In this document: one piece after another, positions 36,746 through 46,304 of the stretch
Layout: every line of letters begins with the position of its first letter
How positions within the stretch are numbered: the first letter of the stretch is position 1
The notes under the pieces: generated by a model
Database searches by the model: none
What the model saw: the letters and a program-made list of their open reading frames with translations, nothing else
Told to the model about the DNA's origin: nothing
Made by a program: the position numbers and the translations under genes
Origin: an uncultured Candidatus Bathyarchaeia archaeon
GTDB taxonomy: Archaea; Thermoproteota; Bathyarchaeia; RBG-16-48-13; CAYWPD01
Assembly: GCA_964460055.1 (NCBI GenBank)
Contig: CAYWPD010000002.1
Span: forward strand, 6,400-68,187
DNA: 61,788 bases
Direction of reading: 5' to 3'

Positions 36746-37231
36746 TTGAGTTGCGCTCCATACGTTCCATCGCCGCGTGAAGTCGTAAGAAAGATGTTGG
36801 AACTTGCTCAGGCAGGATCGAACGACGTTCTGGTGGACTTGGGATGTGGCGATGGCAGAATCATCACAACGGCGATCCAGGAATTCGGCGTGAGGAAGGC
36901 TGTAGGATACGAACTGCGTGAAGACCTATACAAACTGGGTGTACAAGAGATTGAGAAACAAGGACTATGGAACCGCGCAAAGATCGTTCTGGGAGACCTC
37001 TTCAATGCAGACCTCAAGGAAGCTACGATCATTACTCTATACCTAACTGGTACAGCCAACGACCGACTCAAGCCAAAGCTGAGAGCGGAAGCCAGTCCGG
37101 GCACAAGAATAGTGAGCCACGACTTCTCAATAAACGGATGGAGAACAATACAGAGAGAGAGCTTCGAGTACCATACAATTTACATGTACCAGATCCCCCA
37201 TGCGTACGAGATTGAGAACCAGCTCCCATAG
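36746..37231 (+). CDS. aKMT-like SAM-dependent protein lysine methyltransferase, paralogue 2
   Basis: APYVPSPREVVRKMLELAQAGSNDVLVDLGCGDGRIITTAIQEFGVRKAVGYE...IITLYLTGTANDRLKPKLRAEASPGTRIVSHDFSINGW closely parallels Sulfolobus-type aKMT in length (161 aa) and motifs. Confidence 0.65.
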   Translation: MSCAPYVPSPREVVRKMLELAQAGSNDVLVDLGCGDGRIITTAIQEFGVRKAVGYELREDLYKLGVQEIEKQGLWNRAKIVLGDLFNADLKEATIITLYLTGTANDRLKPKLRAEASPGTRIVSHDFSINGWRTIQRESFEYHTIYMYQIPHAYEIENQLP

Positions 37232-37436
37232 CCAAGCGTAGCGCCGATTCCATTTCTCCAGCACTTTTGCGAGTTTCGGATGATTTTGCATACGCGCTCG
37301 TCTCTGGAACGCCGTAAAGAGCTCGACCTATCCATAAGGAATTCCAAGAAATCTTCTTGACAAGTGAAAATGCCGGTAGTTTATTATCTTCTAGGCGACG
37401 ATCCGCACAAGATATAAGCTGAGGCCCTACGTCGAG

Positions 37437-38219
37437 GTGGTGAATCTGGACAAAGTTCTCCTCTCTGAGATGAACGGCGAGGATGTTAAGGAGGCCGTTG
37501 GCAAGGCCGATGTGGCCATAGTTCCATTCGGTAGCACCGAGAATCACGGAGGACACCTCCCTTTCGGCACAGACTGCATAACACCATCAGAGTTGTCCTT
37601 ACGGATAGCGGAAAGATGTGGTGGTGCAATTGTGCTTCCCACCCAGCCCTATGGAGTGAGCCCTCACCATGCCAGTTTCTTGATGACTATGTCTCTAAGA
37701 CCAGAGACCCTGAAAGCGCTGGCTACCGACCTCTTGCTGAGCCTATTGAAGCACGGCATAAGAAATGCCGTCATTATCAACGGGCATGATGGAAACTCCC
37801 CGGCACTAGATGAGGCTGCCAAAGAGGTAAAGGGACATGGAATGTTCGTTGCGACGTTGGATGCTTGGTGGGTAGCAGCGGGTGAACTTCTGCCGAAATC
37901 AACTTTTGAAGTGTGGTCGGGGCTCGGACACGGCGGCGAGGGAGAGACCTCCATGATACTCCACCTCCGACCTGATCTTGTTGACATGAGAAAGGCAAGA
38001 GGAGTCGTTCCACACCTTCCGAAGCATCTGAAGATCAACTGGAAGTTCGAAGAGCTCGCAGGATGCGGGTCTTCAGGGGCGCCGGACAAGGCTTCTGCCG
38101 AAAAAGGATACAAGATCGCAGAATCGATTGTGAACTATGTATGTATGTTCATCACAGAAGCGCGTGCCTGTGGCTGGAACGTGACAAAGATAAGCGATTT
38201 GAGAAGAAAGGATTGGTAG
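37437..38219 (+). CDS. Creatininase-family amidohydrolase
   Basis: VAIVPFGSTENHGGHLPFGTD, ...INGHDGN... and GHGGEGETS motifs. Confidence 0.75.
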   Translation: MVNLDKVLLSEMNGEDVKEAVGKADVAIVPFGSTENHGGHLPFGTDCITPSELSLRIAERCGGAIVLPTQPYGVSPHHASFLMTMSLRPETLKALATDLLLSLLKHGIRNAVIINGHDGNSPALDEAAKEVKGHGMFVATLDAWWVAAGELLPKSTFEVWSGLGHGGEGETSMILHLRPDLVDMRKARGVVPHLPKHLKINWKFEELAGCGSSGAPDKASAEKGYKIAESIVNYVCMFITEARACGWNVTKISDLRRKDW

Positions 38220-38306
38220 CGGTTGCCTGCAATCTGCGCTTCTTTGTCTTGAACCAAGTCTTCCCTATTGACGGCTAGGCTTACTTAGATCGACTACTAT
38301 TCCGTT

Positions 38307-39701
38307 GTGGCGGGGAGACTCTTGAGGACAGTTGATGTAGTCGTCATCGGAGGAAAGATCGTCTCCGAATTCGGTATCCTTGAAAACGTTGGGATAGCCA
38401 TCGAGTCTGGAAGAATCGCTTCTATCGCTTGTCCTTCTCACCTTCCGAGCGCTTCGACAACCATCGATGCATCGTCCAAACTGGTTATTCCAGGCGTCGT
38501 CGACGCGCATTGTCATTCGCAGACACCTGGCTTCAACATGGAGGACTATGAACACGTCACCGCCGCCGCAGCGGCTGGAGGAGTGACCACCTTGCAGGAT
38601 CATCCGATAAACATCCCTCCAACGACTACGGCGGAGAATATGAGACTGAAGCTCTCGATCGCCCAGAGGGAGAGCTATGTCGACTTCTGCCTCTTGGGAG
38701 GAGTCTTACCAGAGAATCTGCAGGAAATCTCTAGATTGGCTGAGCTGGGCGTCACGGGCTACAAGGCTCCAATGGTGGAGTTGCTTCCAGATACAGTTCC
38801 GAAGTTGTCAGACGGCGAGCTTTTTGAGGCGTTTCAAACCATTTCCGCAACCGGCCTCCGTGTCGGAGTGCATGCGGAGAATGAGCAGATTATCTCCCAT
38901 CTTACAAAGAAACTCAGAAAGCTCGGTAGGAGAGATCCTCTGGCTCACATTGAATCAAGGCCGCCGATCTCTGAGTACGAGGCTGTTCGGCGAGCTGTCC
39001 TGCTCGCGAGAGAAGTCGGATGCAAACTGCACATATTTCACTTGAGCATTCCTGAAGGGGCTGAGGCTGTTCGATCTGCGGGAAACGAAGGGTTGGACGC
39101 TTCCTGCGAAACCTGCCCACACTACCTACTGCTCGATAGCGAAAGTATGATACAGTTGGCAGGACTCGCCAAGATCAACCCGCCTCTGAGAGACAAAACA
39201 CGTATCGCCAAGCTTTGGGAAGCCCTTCGTGAAGGCAGCATCAACATAGTAGCCTCAGACCACGCTCCATTCTTCAAGGAGGAGAAAATGAAAGAAGATG
39301 TCTTCGAGGTTCCCGCTGGGATTCCCAGCGTCCAGACTATGCTACCATTGATGTTGAGCGAAGGGGTAGGCAAGGGACGTCTCACAATGGAGAAGTTGAC
39401 CGAGATTCTATGCAGCGGCCCCGCGAAGCTATTCTCAATCTATCCCAAGAAAGGCGTCATCAGAGTCGGGTCGGATGCAGATATCGTAGTACTGGACTTG
39501 AAATCAGAAGACACCATTAGGTCTGATGGGATGCACTACAAAGTCGGATGGACTCCATACGATGGGTGGAAAGTCAAAGGAAGAATAGAAAAAACGATCG
39601 TCCGTGGTGAGGTTGTTGCTGAAAAAGGCGAAATAACAGGATCAAAGGGACACGGAGAGTTTGTTACCCCTAAGACAAAGGCTGAAGATCTAAGAAATTA
39701 G
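38307..39701 (+). CDS. Cyclic amidohydrolase (dihydropyrimidinase / allantoinase / dihydroorotase superfamily)
   Basis: PGVVDAHCH (HxH), GYKAPM (carboxylated Lys context), VHAEN, FHLS and ASDHAPF motifs. 464 aa. Confidence 0.75.
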   Translation: MAGRLLRTVDVVVIGGKIVSEFGILENVGIAIESGRIASIACPSHLPSASTTIDASSKLVIPGVVDAHCHSQTPGFNMEDYEHVTAAAAAGGVTTLQDHPINIPPTTTAENMRLKLSIAQRESYVDFCLLGGVLPENLQEISRLAELGVTGYKAPMVELLPDTVPKLSDGELFEAFQTISATGLRVGVHAENEQIISHLTKKLRKLGRRDPLAHIESRPPISEYEAVRRAVLLAREVGCKLHIFHLSIPEGAEAVRSAGNEGLDASCETCPHYLLLDSESMIQLAGLAKINPPLRDKTRIAKLWEALREGSINIVASDHAPFFKEEKMKEDVFEVPAGIPSVQTMLPLMLSEGVGKGRLTMEKLTEILCSGPAKLFSIYPKKGVIRVGSDADIVVLDLKSEDTIRSDGMHYKVGWTPYDGWKVKGRIEKTIVRGEVVAEKGEITGSKGHGEFVTPKTKAEDLRN

Positions 39702-39755
39702 ATCCGTCCTACAAAGGGATCCGGATCTAGTGCCGACTCCGTGAACAGGCTTCAA

Positions 39756-40871
39756 CTAGCTCGGTCTAACTAGGTTCTCGATCGGATTGTATGGGATTTC
39801 ATATCCGAAATGTCTCGGCCCGAAAATCTCCAAACTCTTGGGCTCTCTCCATATCGGCGGGGCAGGCACCCCCACAACAGCGACGCGTCGACCGACGCGG
39901 AAATCGTTCTCAAAGTTTGATAACCCGTCACAGGTTTCCTCGTCAACTATGCACAACGCATCTGGGCACGTTACGAACGGCCTTCCATCTTTCCAGCTGA
40001 TAAGGTGTTCATTCTTGAACCAGACTCTCAGGCTATGTCCATCAAACCTTTCGGACCCTCTTAGTTGAATATTCCCCCACATGAAGGCGCCCCTTTCCTC
40101 CCGCTCAAAGACGTTCACTTCTCCTCTGAAGAGTTCGAAACCTTTGATGACATCAATGAGCGCTAATATGGGATCTCTTCCCTTCTCCCTAGCTTTTCGG
40201 AGCTCCCCGCCGATTCTAATGCACCAAGATATCGACTTCGAAATGGTTGCATCTCTCAACAACCTGACTCTAGTTGGGGTTCTTGCGACTCCGCACAGGC
40301 CTCCAGAAGCGAGTGCAACATGTCTGCACAGATCCTCAGCCCTATTGTCGTCGAGTGCGGACTTCAGAATGAAGATGTCTCCGAAAGGTGTGGCTATTGA
40401 GAGCGGTGTGGATGGAATTCCTTTCACGGTTGTGGTGGAGATGCTTATCTCCGGTTTTGCCCTTCCGCAACAGTCCGCGTCCAAGGCTGGGATGTCACTC
40501 ATCGCTGCCACGTACATGGGCACTATCGTGTTTCCGGCACCTATCTCGCTTGGAAGCAATGTGTAGGGTTGTTCGTTCAGGTATTTCGCAAGCTCTCGTT
40601 TTGCCATGAACACTACCTCTTCAGAAACTCTTGGCAATTTCGATAACCTTTCGGTCACTTCTTTCGGAACACCGCCGCCAACTTTGCTTATGATGAAGGC
40701 GAGTCCGCTCTGAGGAACGTCTCCGAAATCCGCGAGCTTGAACTCTTTCCCATGGGAGAGAGCCTCCTCGATCATCTTTCTACCTGACTCCACAGATCCA
40801 CCTCCACCTGTCCCCAAAATCTTGGCACCAGTCAGCAGGTCTTCGAGTTCCAGCTCATTCAGTTTTCTCAA
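39756..40871 (-). CDS. DUF917-family protein
   Basis: N-terminal LTGAKILGTGGGGS and about 370 aa are typical of DUF917 (hydantoinase-associated family). Confidence 0.6.
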   Translation of the reverse strand: MRKLNELELEDLLTGAKILGTGGGGSVESGRKMIEEALSHGKEFKLADFGDVPQSGLAFIISKVGGGVPKEVTERLSKLPRVSEEVVFMAKRELAKYLNEQPYTLLPSEIGAGNTIVPMYVAAMSDIPALDADCCGRAKPEISISTTTVKGIPSTPLSIATPFGDIFILKSALDDNRAEDLCRHVALASGGLCGVARTPTRVRLLRDATISKSISWCIRIGGELRKAREKGRDPILALIDVIKGFELFRGEVNVFEREERGAFMWGNIQLRGSERFDGHSLRVWFKNEHLISWKDGRPFVTCPDALCIVDEETCDGLSNFENDFRVGRRVAVVGVPAPPIWREPKSLEIFGPRHFGYEIPYNPIENLVRPS

Positions 40872-41047
40872 CTGTCCTCTACCTATGGTACGAAACTTCA
40901 GCTCTAATTACTAAAAACCCTTACACAACGCAGCATGTTGTCCGCTGGAGATCTTCTAACAAGATGACCTCAACAAGCTAATGCCTGTAGTTTCCAAGAA
41001 AAAATTTTTGGCTTGGCAGATTTGAACAGATCTGACGGAGATCGAAG

Positions 41048-41971
41048 ATGGTCTTCTTGACAACCGAGTTAAAGGTGTCAGACTACCTCTACATAACTTC
41101 AGGCGAAAAGTACTACACATACCTCATCTGCGGAAACGATGACCTAGCGATTGTGGACGCCAACTACGCAGAAGCAATGCCCAGAATCGTCTCGAACATC
41201 AGGTCATTTGGTTTCCAACCAACTCAAATCCGTTGGATCTTTGTGACCGAATACCATGAAGACCATGTCGGTGGCCTACCGGAGTTACTTAGGCAAGCAC
41301 CCTCAACGCGGATCGCGACCTCCAGCTTCAACGCCAAAGCCTTGGAAGATCCTCGATGGCGGTTCCGAGATCTTTCAGGAATCTCAGATCAACAGGAAGT
41401 GGTCAGCAAGTATGGCAGCGATGCATTGCTACCGCTGAAAGTAAACTCGATCCTGTCAGATGGTGATAGAATCAAGATTGGCGATCTTGAGTTCGACGCG
41501 TTGTTGGCTCCTGGTCACTCCCCTGAAGAGCTCTGCCTCTACGAAAGTTCGAGCAAAATGCTGGTCTGCTCCGATGCCTTTGGCATATACTGGCCTGAAT
41601 CTGGCACGTCGATTCCTCTGCCCTTCCATAGTCTGAACGAATACAAGAGATCTATGAAGCGACTTTCGACGATGAAATCTGAGACACTTCTCACTGGACA
41701 CAACGGAGTCGTCAAAGACGCGGACGTGGAGAGGTTCGTCCAGTCAGGATTGGAAGCTGCGGACGAATGGGAAGAATACATAGTGAGAGAACTATCAATG
41801 CCAGTTAGGACCGGAGAACTGGCGGAGAAAATCTATCATAGATTTCCGGCCTGCAGAGCATGGAATTACGATCTGACTGAGGCTGTCGTTGAAGCATATC
41901 TGCAAGGCTTGGAGAGGGCTGGCATCGCGCAGACGAGCGGAGCGGACTCGTGGAGAACGGCCAGAAGCTAA
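41048..41971 (+). CDS. MBL-fold metallo-hydrolase
   Basis: FVTEYHEDHVGG (HxHxDH-type motif) and later LAPGHSPEE. Confidence 0.65.
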   Translation: MVFLTTELKVSDYLYITSGEKYYTYLICGNDDLAIVDANYAEAMPRIVSNIRSFGFQPTQIRWIFVTEYHEDHVGGLPELLRQAPSTRIATSSFNAKALEDPRWRFRDLSGISDQQEVVSKYGSDALLPLKVNSILSDGDRIKIGDLEFDALLAPGHSPEELCLYESSSKMLVCSDAFGIYWPESGTSIPLPFHSLNEYKRSMKRLSTMKSETLLTGHNGVVKDADVERFVQSGLEAADEWEEYIVRELSMPVRTGELAEKIYHRFPACRAWNYDLTEAVVEAYLQGLERAGIAQTSGADSWRTARS

Positions 41972-42029
41972 GAGAAACTGCCCATCAGACTGGGTTGCGA
42001 TTCATACTTCTAAAAAAGAAAAGAAGGTT

Positions 42030-42920
42030 CTAGGCGGTAGCCCGCCACGGGGTGCCAACCCAGACGCTCTTTCCATCCCATTCCTTTAGCCTTGCCCAGT
42101 CTTCATCGACAAACTTCTGAATTCTCTGCATGTCCTCTTCCTTCAAGTGTCGGAATCTTCCTTGGATTTTGAAGTACTCCTTCACAGGAACTTCCTTGGG
42201 TTTCATGGTCAGTTTGAATACCCCATTCTCGATTTCATAGAGGTTCCACATATGGCTTTGAACGGCCAGACGCAGAACTTCGACCGACTTCTCCGGCGAG
42301 ACTCTCCAGCCCGTCGGGCACGGCTCAAGTACATGTATATACTTGAATCCCTGTATCCCCGAGGCTTTCTTGACTTTGTTCTGGAAGTCCCCTCGATAAG
42401 CGACCGTCACAGTCGCAACGTATGGAATCTTCATCGCTGCCAACGCCATCGGAACGTCTTTCTTCCTAGTGGTCTTCCCTGCAGGGGTTGTTGTGGTCCA
42501 TGCTCCGAACGGTGTGAGGCCGCTCTTCTGTATGCCTGTGTTCATATACGCTTCATTGTCGTAGCAGAAGTGTATCATATTGTCATTGCGTTCAGCTATC
42601 GCCGCCAGCTTTCCGAATCCTATGTCTCCCGTTGCGCCATCTCCGGCAAGCGAGATGACCGTTACGTCTTTTCTATCCTTCATTTCAAGCGCTGCCAGTA
42701 TCCCAGTCGCACCAGTCCCAACTCCAGAAAAGTGCAATCCGAAGTATGGAACCGTCTTCGGAGTGAAGTCCCCACAACCGCCGGACCCGAAGAGAATGAC
42801 CCTTCTGCCCAATGTTCTAAGTATCATCTTCGTGGCGACTGGACCTTGACATCCGGGGCAGCATCCATGACCCGATGGTAGCAGTTTTCTCATGTCTTCA
42901 ATCTGTTCAGTTGCCAACAT
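42030..42920 (-). CDS. 2-oxoacid:ferredoxin oxidoreductase, beta (TPP-binding) subunit (POR/VOR type)
   Basis: GHGCCPGCQG and the GDGATGDIG TPP motif. Last gene of a gamma-delta-alpha-beta operon. Confidence 0.88.
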   Translation of the reverse strand: MLATEQIEDMRKLLPSGHGCCPGCQGPVATKMILRTLGRRVILFGSGGCGDFTPKTVPYFGLHFSGVGTGATGILAALEMKDRKDVTVISLAGDGATGDIGFGKLAAIAERNDNMIHFCYDNEAYMNTGIQKSGLTPFGAWTTTTPAGKTTRKKDVPMALAAMKIPYVATVTVAYRGDFQNKVKKASGIQGFKYIHVLEPCPTGWRVSPEKSVEVLRLAVQSHMWNLYEIENGVFKLTMKPKEVPVKEYFKIQGRFRHLKEEDMQRIQKFVDEDWARLKEWDGKSVWVGTPWRATA

Positions 42921-42929
42921 GATCCTCTC

Positions 42930-44117
42930 CTATCTTCTCAGCTGAACCCATTCCACCTCTTGTTCTACTGTACCCGTTTTCGCAGCGTTCAGAACCTTAT
43001 CCGCCATGTATTCCAAATGGGCTGGCGTCACGTCTCTTCCACCGATTCCAGCTATGAACCCTAGGAGCGGCGGCCGATACTTGTAGTTGTAGAGGGCCTT
43101 AGCTGTCTCTATGCAGCCGATTCCTCCACCGGCTGACCCATGCGAGAAGTTTCTGTCCACGAAACCTATCGCGCCAACTTGTTCTGCTATTTTCCGAATC
43201 TCTTCGGTTGGGAACGGCCTGAAAGCCTTCAATTTTACGAGGCCAATATTCTTTCCTCTGCTTCGCATCGAGTCGACGACTTCTCTCGCCGTTCCAGTGA
43301 TCGAGCCCATCGTTATCAGCACGCCTTCCGCGCCATCGCATCGATATTCTTCCACGAGACCTCCGTACTTTCTCCCGAACATCTTGCCGTACTCCTCGTC
43401 GACTTCTCTGATCACTTTCTTAGCGTTCTCCATCGCGATGTCCATGAGGTATCTGGACTCCGTTTCTATCTCGTCGACCGGTCCTTCTTCCGGCTCCCGA
43501 GGCATGTCCGGGTCGAGGTTCACGAAATCGTGTTTGTATGGCGGCAGAAACTTGTCAACGGCTTCTTGGTCTGGGATCTCAACCGGCATCGCATTAGCTG
43601 TCACCACATATCCATCTTGTGCGAAAATCACGGGCAGATAGACCCTCTTGTCCTCCGCTATGCGATAGGCTTGAATGCAGGTATCCAAGACCTCTTGGCT
43701 GTTCTCACAGTAAAGTTGTATCCACCCGTTGTCTCTCTGCAGAAGTGAGTCACTGTGAGTAGCCTTCAATGCTCCGGGAAATGCGATGGAGCGGTTAGCG
43801 ATACACATCACGACTGGCAGCCTCATTCCAGGAACCATCCAGATGACCTCCTCCATGTAGACGATTCCCTGAGAAGCTGAAGCTGTGAATGCTCGAGCTC
43901 CTGCTGCAGAGGCCCCGGCGCATACACTCATTGAGGCGTGCTCGCTTTCGACGGTAACGTATTTTGCTTTTATTTCTCCTTCCGCAACGAACCTTGCAAG
44001 GCGGTTTGCGAGCTCTGTCTGTGGTGTAATCGGGTACGCTGCTATAACTTCTACTCTGGAAAGTTTGACTCCTTGAGCAGCGGCCTCGTTTCCATCTAGA
44101 ACTTTGGTTACAGCCAT
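42930..44117 (-). CDS. 2-oxoacid:ferredoxin oxidoreductase, alpha subunit
   Basis: DGNEAAAQGV....VIAAYPITPQTE..., 395 aa, operon context. Confidence 0.88.
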   Translation of the reverse strand: MAVTKVLDGNEAAAQGVKLSRVEVIAAYPITPQTELANRLARFVAEGEIKAKYVTVESEHASMSVCAGASAAGARAFTASASQGIVYMEEVIWMVPGMRLPVVMCIANRSIAFPGALKATHSDSLLQRDNGWIQLYCENSQEVLDTCIQAYRIAEDKRVYLPVIFAQDGYVVTANAMPVEIPDQEAVDKFLPPYKHDFVNLDPDMPREPEEGPVDEIETESRYLMDIAMENAKKVIREVDEEYGKMFGRKYGGLVEEYRCDGAEGVLITMGSITGTAREVVDSMRSRGKNIGLVKLKAFRPFPTEEIRKIAEQVGAIGFVDRNFSHGSAGGGIGCIETAKALYNYKYRPPLLGFIAGIGGRDVTPAHLEYMADKVLNAAKTGTVEQEVEWVQLRR

Positions 44118-44129
44118 CTTCTCATCCTC

Positions 44130-44420
44130 CTATACGAACGTCTCCCTTACCATGTCGATGCATTTCACCGGACACTCGTTGGCGCAGACGCCACAGCCTT
44201 TGCAGTAGTCGTAGTCGACTTCTACGAAGTGCTCTTTGCCTTTGTAGACCGCATAGTCAGGGCAGTAGATCTCGCAAATTCCGCATTTGATGCATCTATT
44301 ATGGTCTATCACAGGCTTGAAGACTCTCCACAAGCCAGTCGGCAGAGTCATTCTGAATGCGATTCCCGACTCCTTCTCGAGATCTTTCAGAGTCTTGATC
44401 TTCAATCTCATTTGCTTCAA
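44130..44420 (-). CDS. 2-oxoacid:ferredoxin oxidoreductase, delta subunit (2x[4Fe-4S] ferredoxin)
   Basis: CIKCGICEIYCP and CKGCGVCANECP. Confidence 0.88.
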   Translation of the reverse strand: MKQMRLKIKTLKDLEKESGIAFRMTLPTGLWRVFKPVIDHNRCIKCGICEIYCPDYAVYKGKEHFVEVDYDYCKGCGVCANECPVKCIDMVRETFV

Positions 44421-44430
44421 CTTCTCTCAC

Positions 44431-44991
44431 CTATGCCGTCTTGACCGCGGTCTGTTCATAACCGAGTTTGGCCGCCTCCAGATTCCGGTCTCCAATGTAG
44501 CCTGGGAAGTTTTCCTTGATCGGCTCATGCAGCGATTCAAGTTTCACGAGGCCTGTTGCCTTGCAGAACGCCCCAAGCATTGCGGTGCTCGTGATCGGGA
44601 TCGCGGCCGGACCAAAGATCTTGATTGCAATGTCTGTCGCGTCCACCGATGCAAGTTTGGCCACCTTCGTGCCCAGATCTATCTTCTCTGGCGGCCTAGG
44701 ATCATTTAGAACGGCGATACCCTGCTCTTTCAGTCCAAAGGCAACATTTGCTATCTTTATCAATGCCGAGTCCAGCACGATGATGCAGTCCGGCCTGTAT
44801 ACTTCCGACGTTATTCGTACAGGTCTCTCGTCAAGTCTAACATACGCAGTTACGGGAGAGCCTCGTCTCTCCCCGCCGTAGAATGGAATCTTCTGCGAAT
44901 ACTTGCCCTCTCTATGAGCGGCGTCGGCGAGAATCAGTGCTGCTGTAACAGCTCCTTGTCCACCTCTTCCATGGAATCTTATCTCGAACAA
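44431..44991 (-). CDS. 2-oxoacid:ferredoxin oxidoreductase, gamma subunit
   Basis: MFEIRFHGRGGQGAVTAA... is typical of the gamma N-terminus. Confidence 0.88.
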   Translation of the reverse strand: MFEIRFHGRGGQGAVTAALILADAAHREGKYSQKIPFYGGERRGSPVTAYVRLDERPVRITSEVYRPDCIIVLDSALIKIANVAFGLKEQGIAVLNDPRPPEKIDLGTKVAKLASVDATDIAIKIFGPAAIPITSTAMLGAFCKATGLVKLESLHEPIKENFPGYIGDRNLEAAKLGYEQTAVKTA

Positions 44992-45270
44992 CTACACTAG
45001 GTCCCTCCAGAAAGGTCAACACCAGTTCTCATGTCTGTCCAAAAAGCTTTCGCTAGGATGTCTCTATGGGTCAAGGAAATGCTTGCATGCTCATCAAGTC
45101 GTGATTCGCCTTTTTTCACGCTGCAAAATGGCGTCTGATGAGTCTAGAAGGGTCTTCTGAGAGTCCACGGGAGCGGGATCGATGTTTAGGATTCAAGCGA
45201 AGCACAGGACTGCGTCCCTTATTAGGAAATGTGGTGCAATATCGCCTCACAATGGTGGTGGCGAACGGAA

Positions 45271-46203
45271 ATGGTCAACCTGAGAGGGAGAGATTTCCTC
45301 TCGATTAGTGATGTTAGCAAGAACGAGCTTGACTTCATCTTGGAGACAGCCAAGAACCTGAAGACGAGGTATAAGATTGGTGACAAGCCCAAGCTCTTGG
45401 ACGGAAAAACCGTGGCCATGATCTTCAAGAAACACTCCACTAGGACTAGGCTTTCCTTCCAAGCCGGGCTAGCTCATCTAGGGGCCCAAGCGTTCTACAT
45501 GCGGCCAGACGAGATGCAGCTCGCTCGTGGCGAGACCACGGAGGATACGGCTCGTATCATAGATGGCTACTGCGATGGACTTGTGATCCGAACATACGCA
45601 CAGGAGGAAGTCGAAACCTATGCGAAGTATATGAAGAACCCTGTGATAAATGCGCTGACTGATCTTGAACACCCGTGCCAGATTGTTGCTGACTTTCTCA
45701 CGATCTTGGAGAAGAAGAAGCGCCTCGATGGACTTCGGATGGTATACGCTGGAGATGTCTGGAACGTCTGTCACTCACTGATACTTGGATGTCCAAAGAT
45801 GGGCATGGATCTCTACGTCGCAAGACCAGAGGGGTATGACCCTAATCCAAGGATACTTGAACTCGCCGAAGAGTGCGCGAAGGATTCGAGGACCAAACTG
45901 GCAATAGGGTCAGGGCTGAAAGAGGCGGTCAGAGACGTCGACATCGTATATGGCAACACTTGGCATAGCATGGGCAAACCCGAAGCTGACAAGACCAAGA
46001 GACTGGCTGATTTCAGCCCGTTTAGAATTGACAACGCAGTCATGAAGGAAGCGAAGCATGATGCCATCTTCATGCACTGCCTCCCAGCGTACCGCGGTGA
46101 AGAAGTGACTGCCGAAGTAATAGATGGTCCGCAGTCGGTTGTCTTCGATGAAGGCGAGAATAGGATGCATGCGCAGAAGGCGATACTTGCCCTCCTTCTC
46201 TAG
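45271..46203 (+). CDS. argF: Ornithine carbamoyltransferase
   Basis: STRTRLSFQAG, LEHPCQIVAD and FMHCLPA motifs. ATG at 45271 (MVNLRGRDFLSISD) lies 9 nt after GGTGG. Confidence 0.85.
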   Translation: MVNLRGRDFLSISDVSKNELDFILETAKNLKTRYKIGDKPKLLDGKTVAMIFKKHSTRTRLSFQAGLAHLGAQAFYMRPDEMQLARGETTEDTARIIDGYCDGLVIRTYAQEEVETYAKYMKNPVINALTDLEHPCQIVADFLTILEKKKRLDGLRMVYAGDVWNVCHSLILGCPKMGMDLYVARPEGYDPNPRILELAEECAKDSRTKLAIGSGLKEAVRDVDIVYGNTWHSMGKPEADKTKRLADFSPFRIDNAVMKEAKHDAIFMHCLPAYRGEEVTAEVIDGPQSVVFDEGENRMHAQKAILALLL

Positions 46204-46221
46204 CTTCCCCGGTCATTTCCC

Positions 46222-46227
46222 TTTTTT
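46222..46227 (+). terminator. Oligo-T tract (T6) after argF
   Basis: CCCTTTTTTGCC begins 19 nt after the stop at 46203. Confidence 0.35.
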
Positions 46228-46304
46228 GCCCATACGTGATTCTCAGCCGATTGTTAGGGAATGATTACAGGCAACAGCCTTGACGTCGAATTGCATCTCT
46301 TTCT

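Noticed and set aside
37068-37556. 162-aa minus-strand ORF bridging the aKMT-like and creatininase genes
   Set aside because: It overlaps the ends of two well-supported plus-strand genes. Its composition is not protein-like and it has no SD.
42147-43748. Long plus-strand ORFs (42147-42881, 244 aa; 43111-43641; 43140-43748, 202 aa) antisense to the oxidoreductase alpha and beta genes
   Set aside because: They are fully embedded opposite genes with unmistakable TPP and POR motifs. Their translations are low-complexity (S/R/P-rich) with no motifs. These are typical shadow ORFs.
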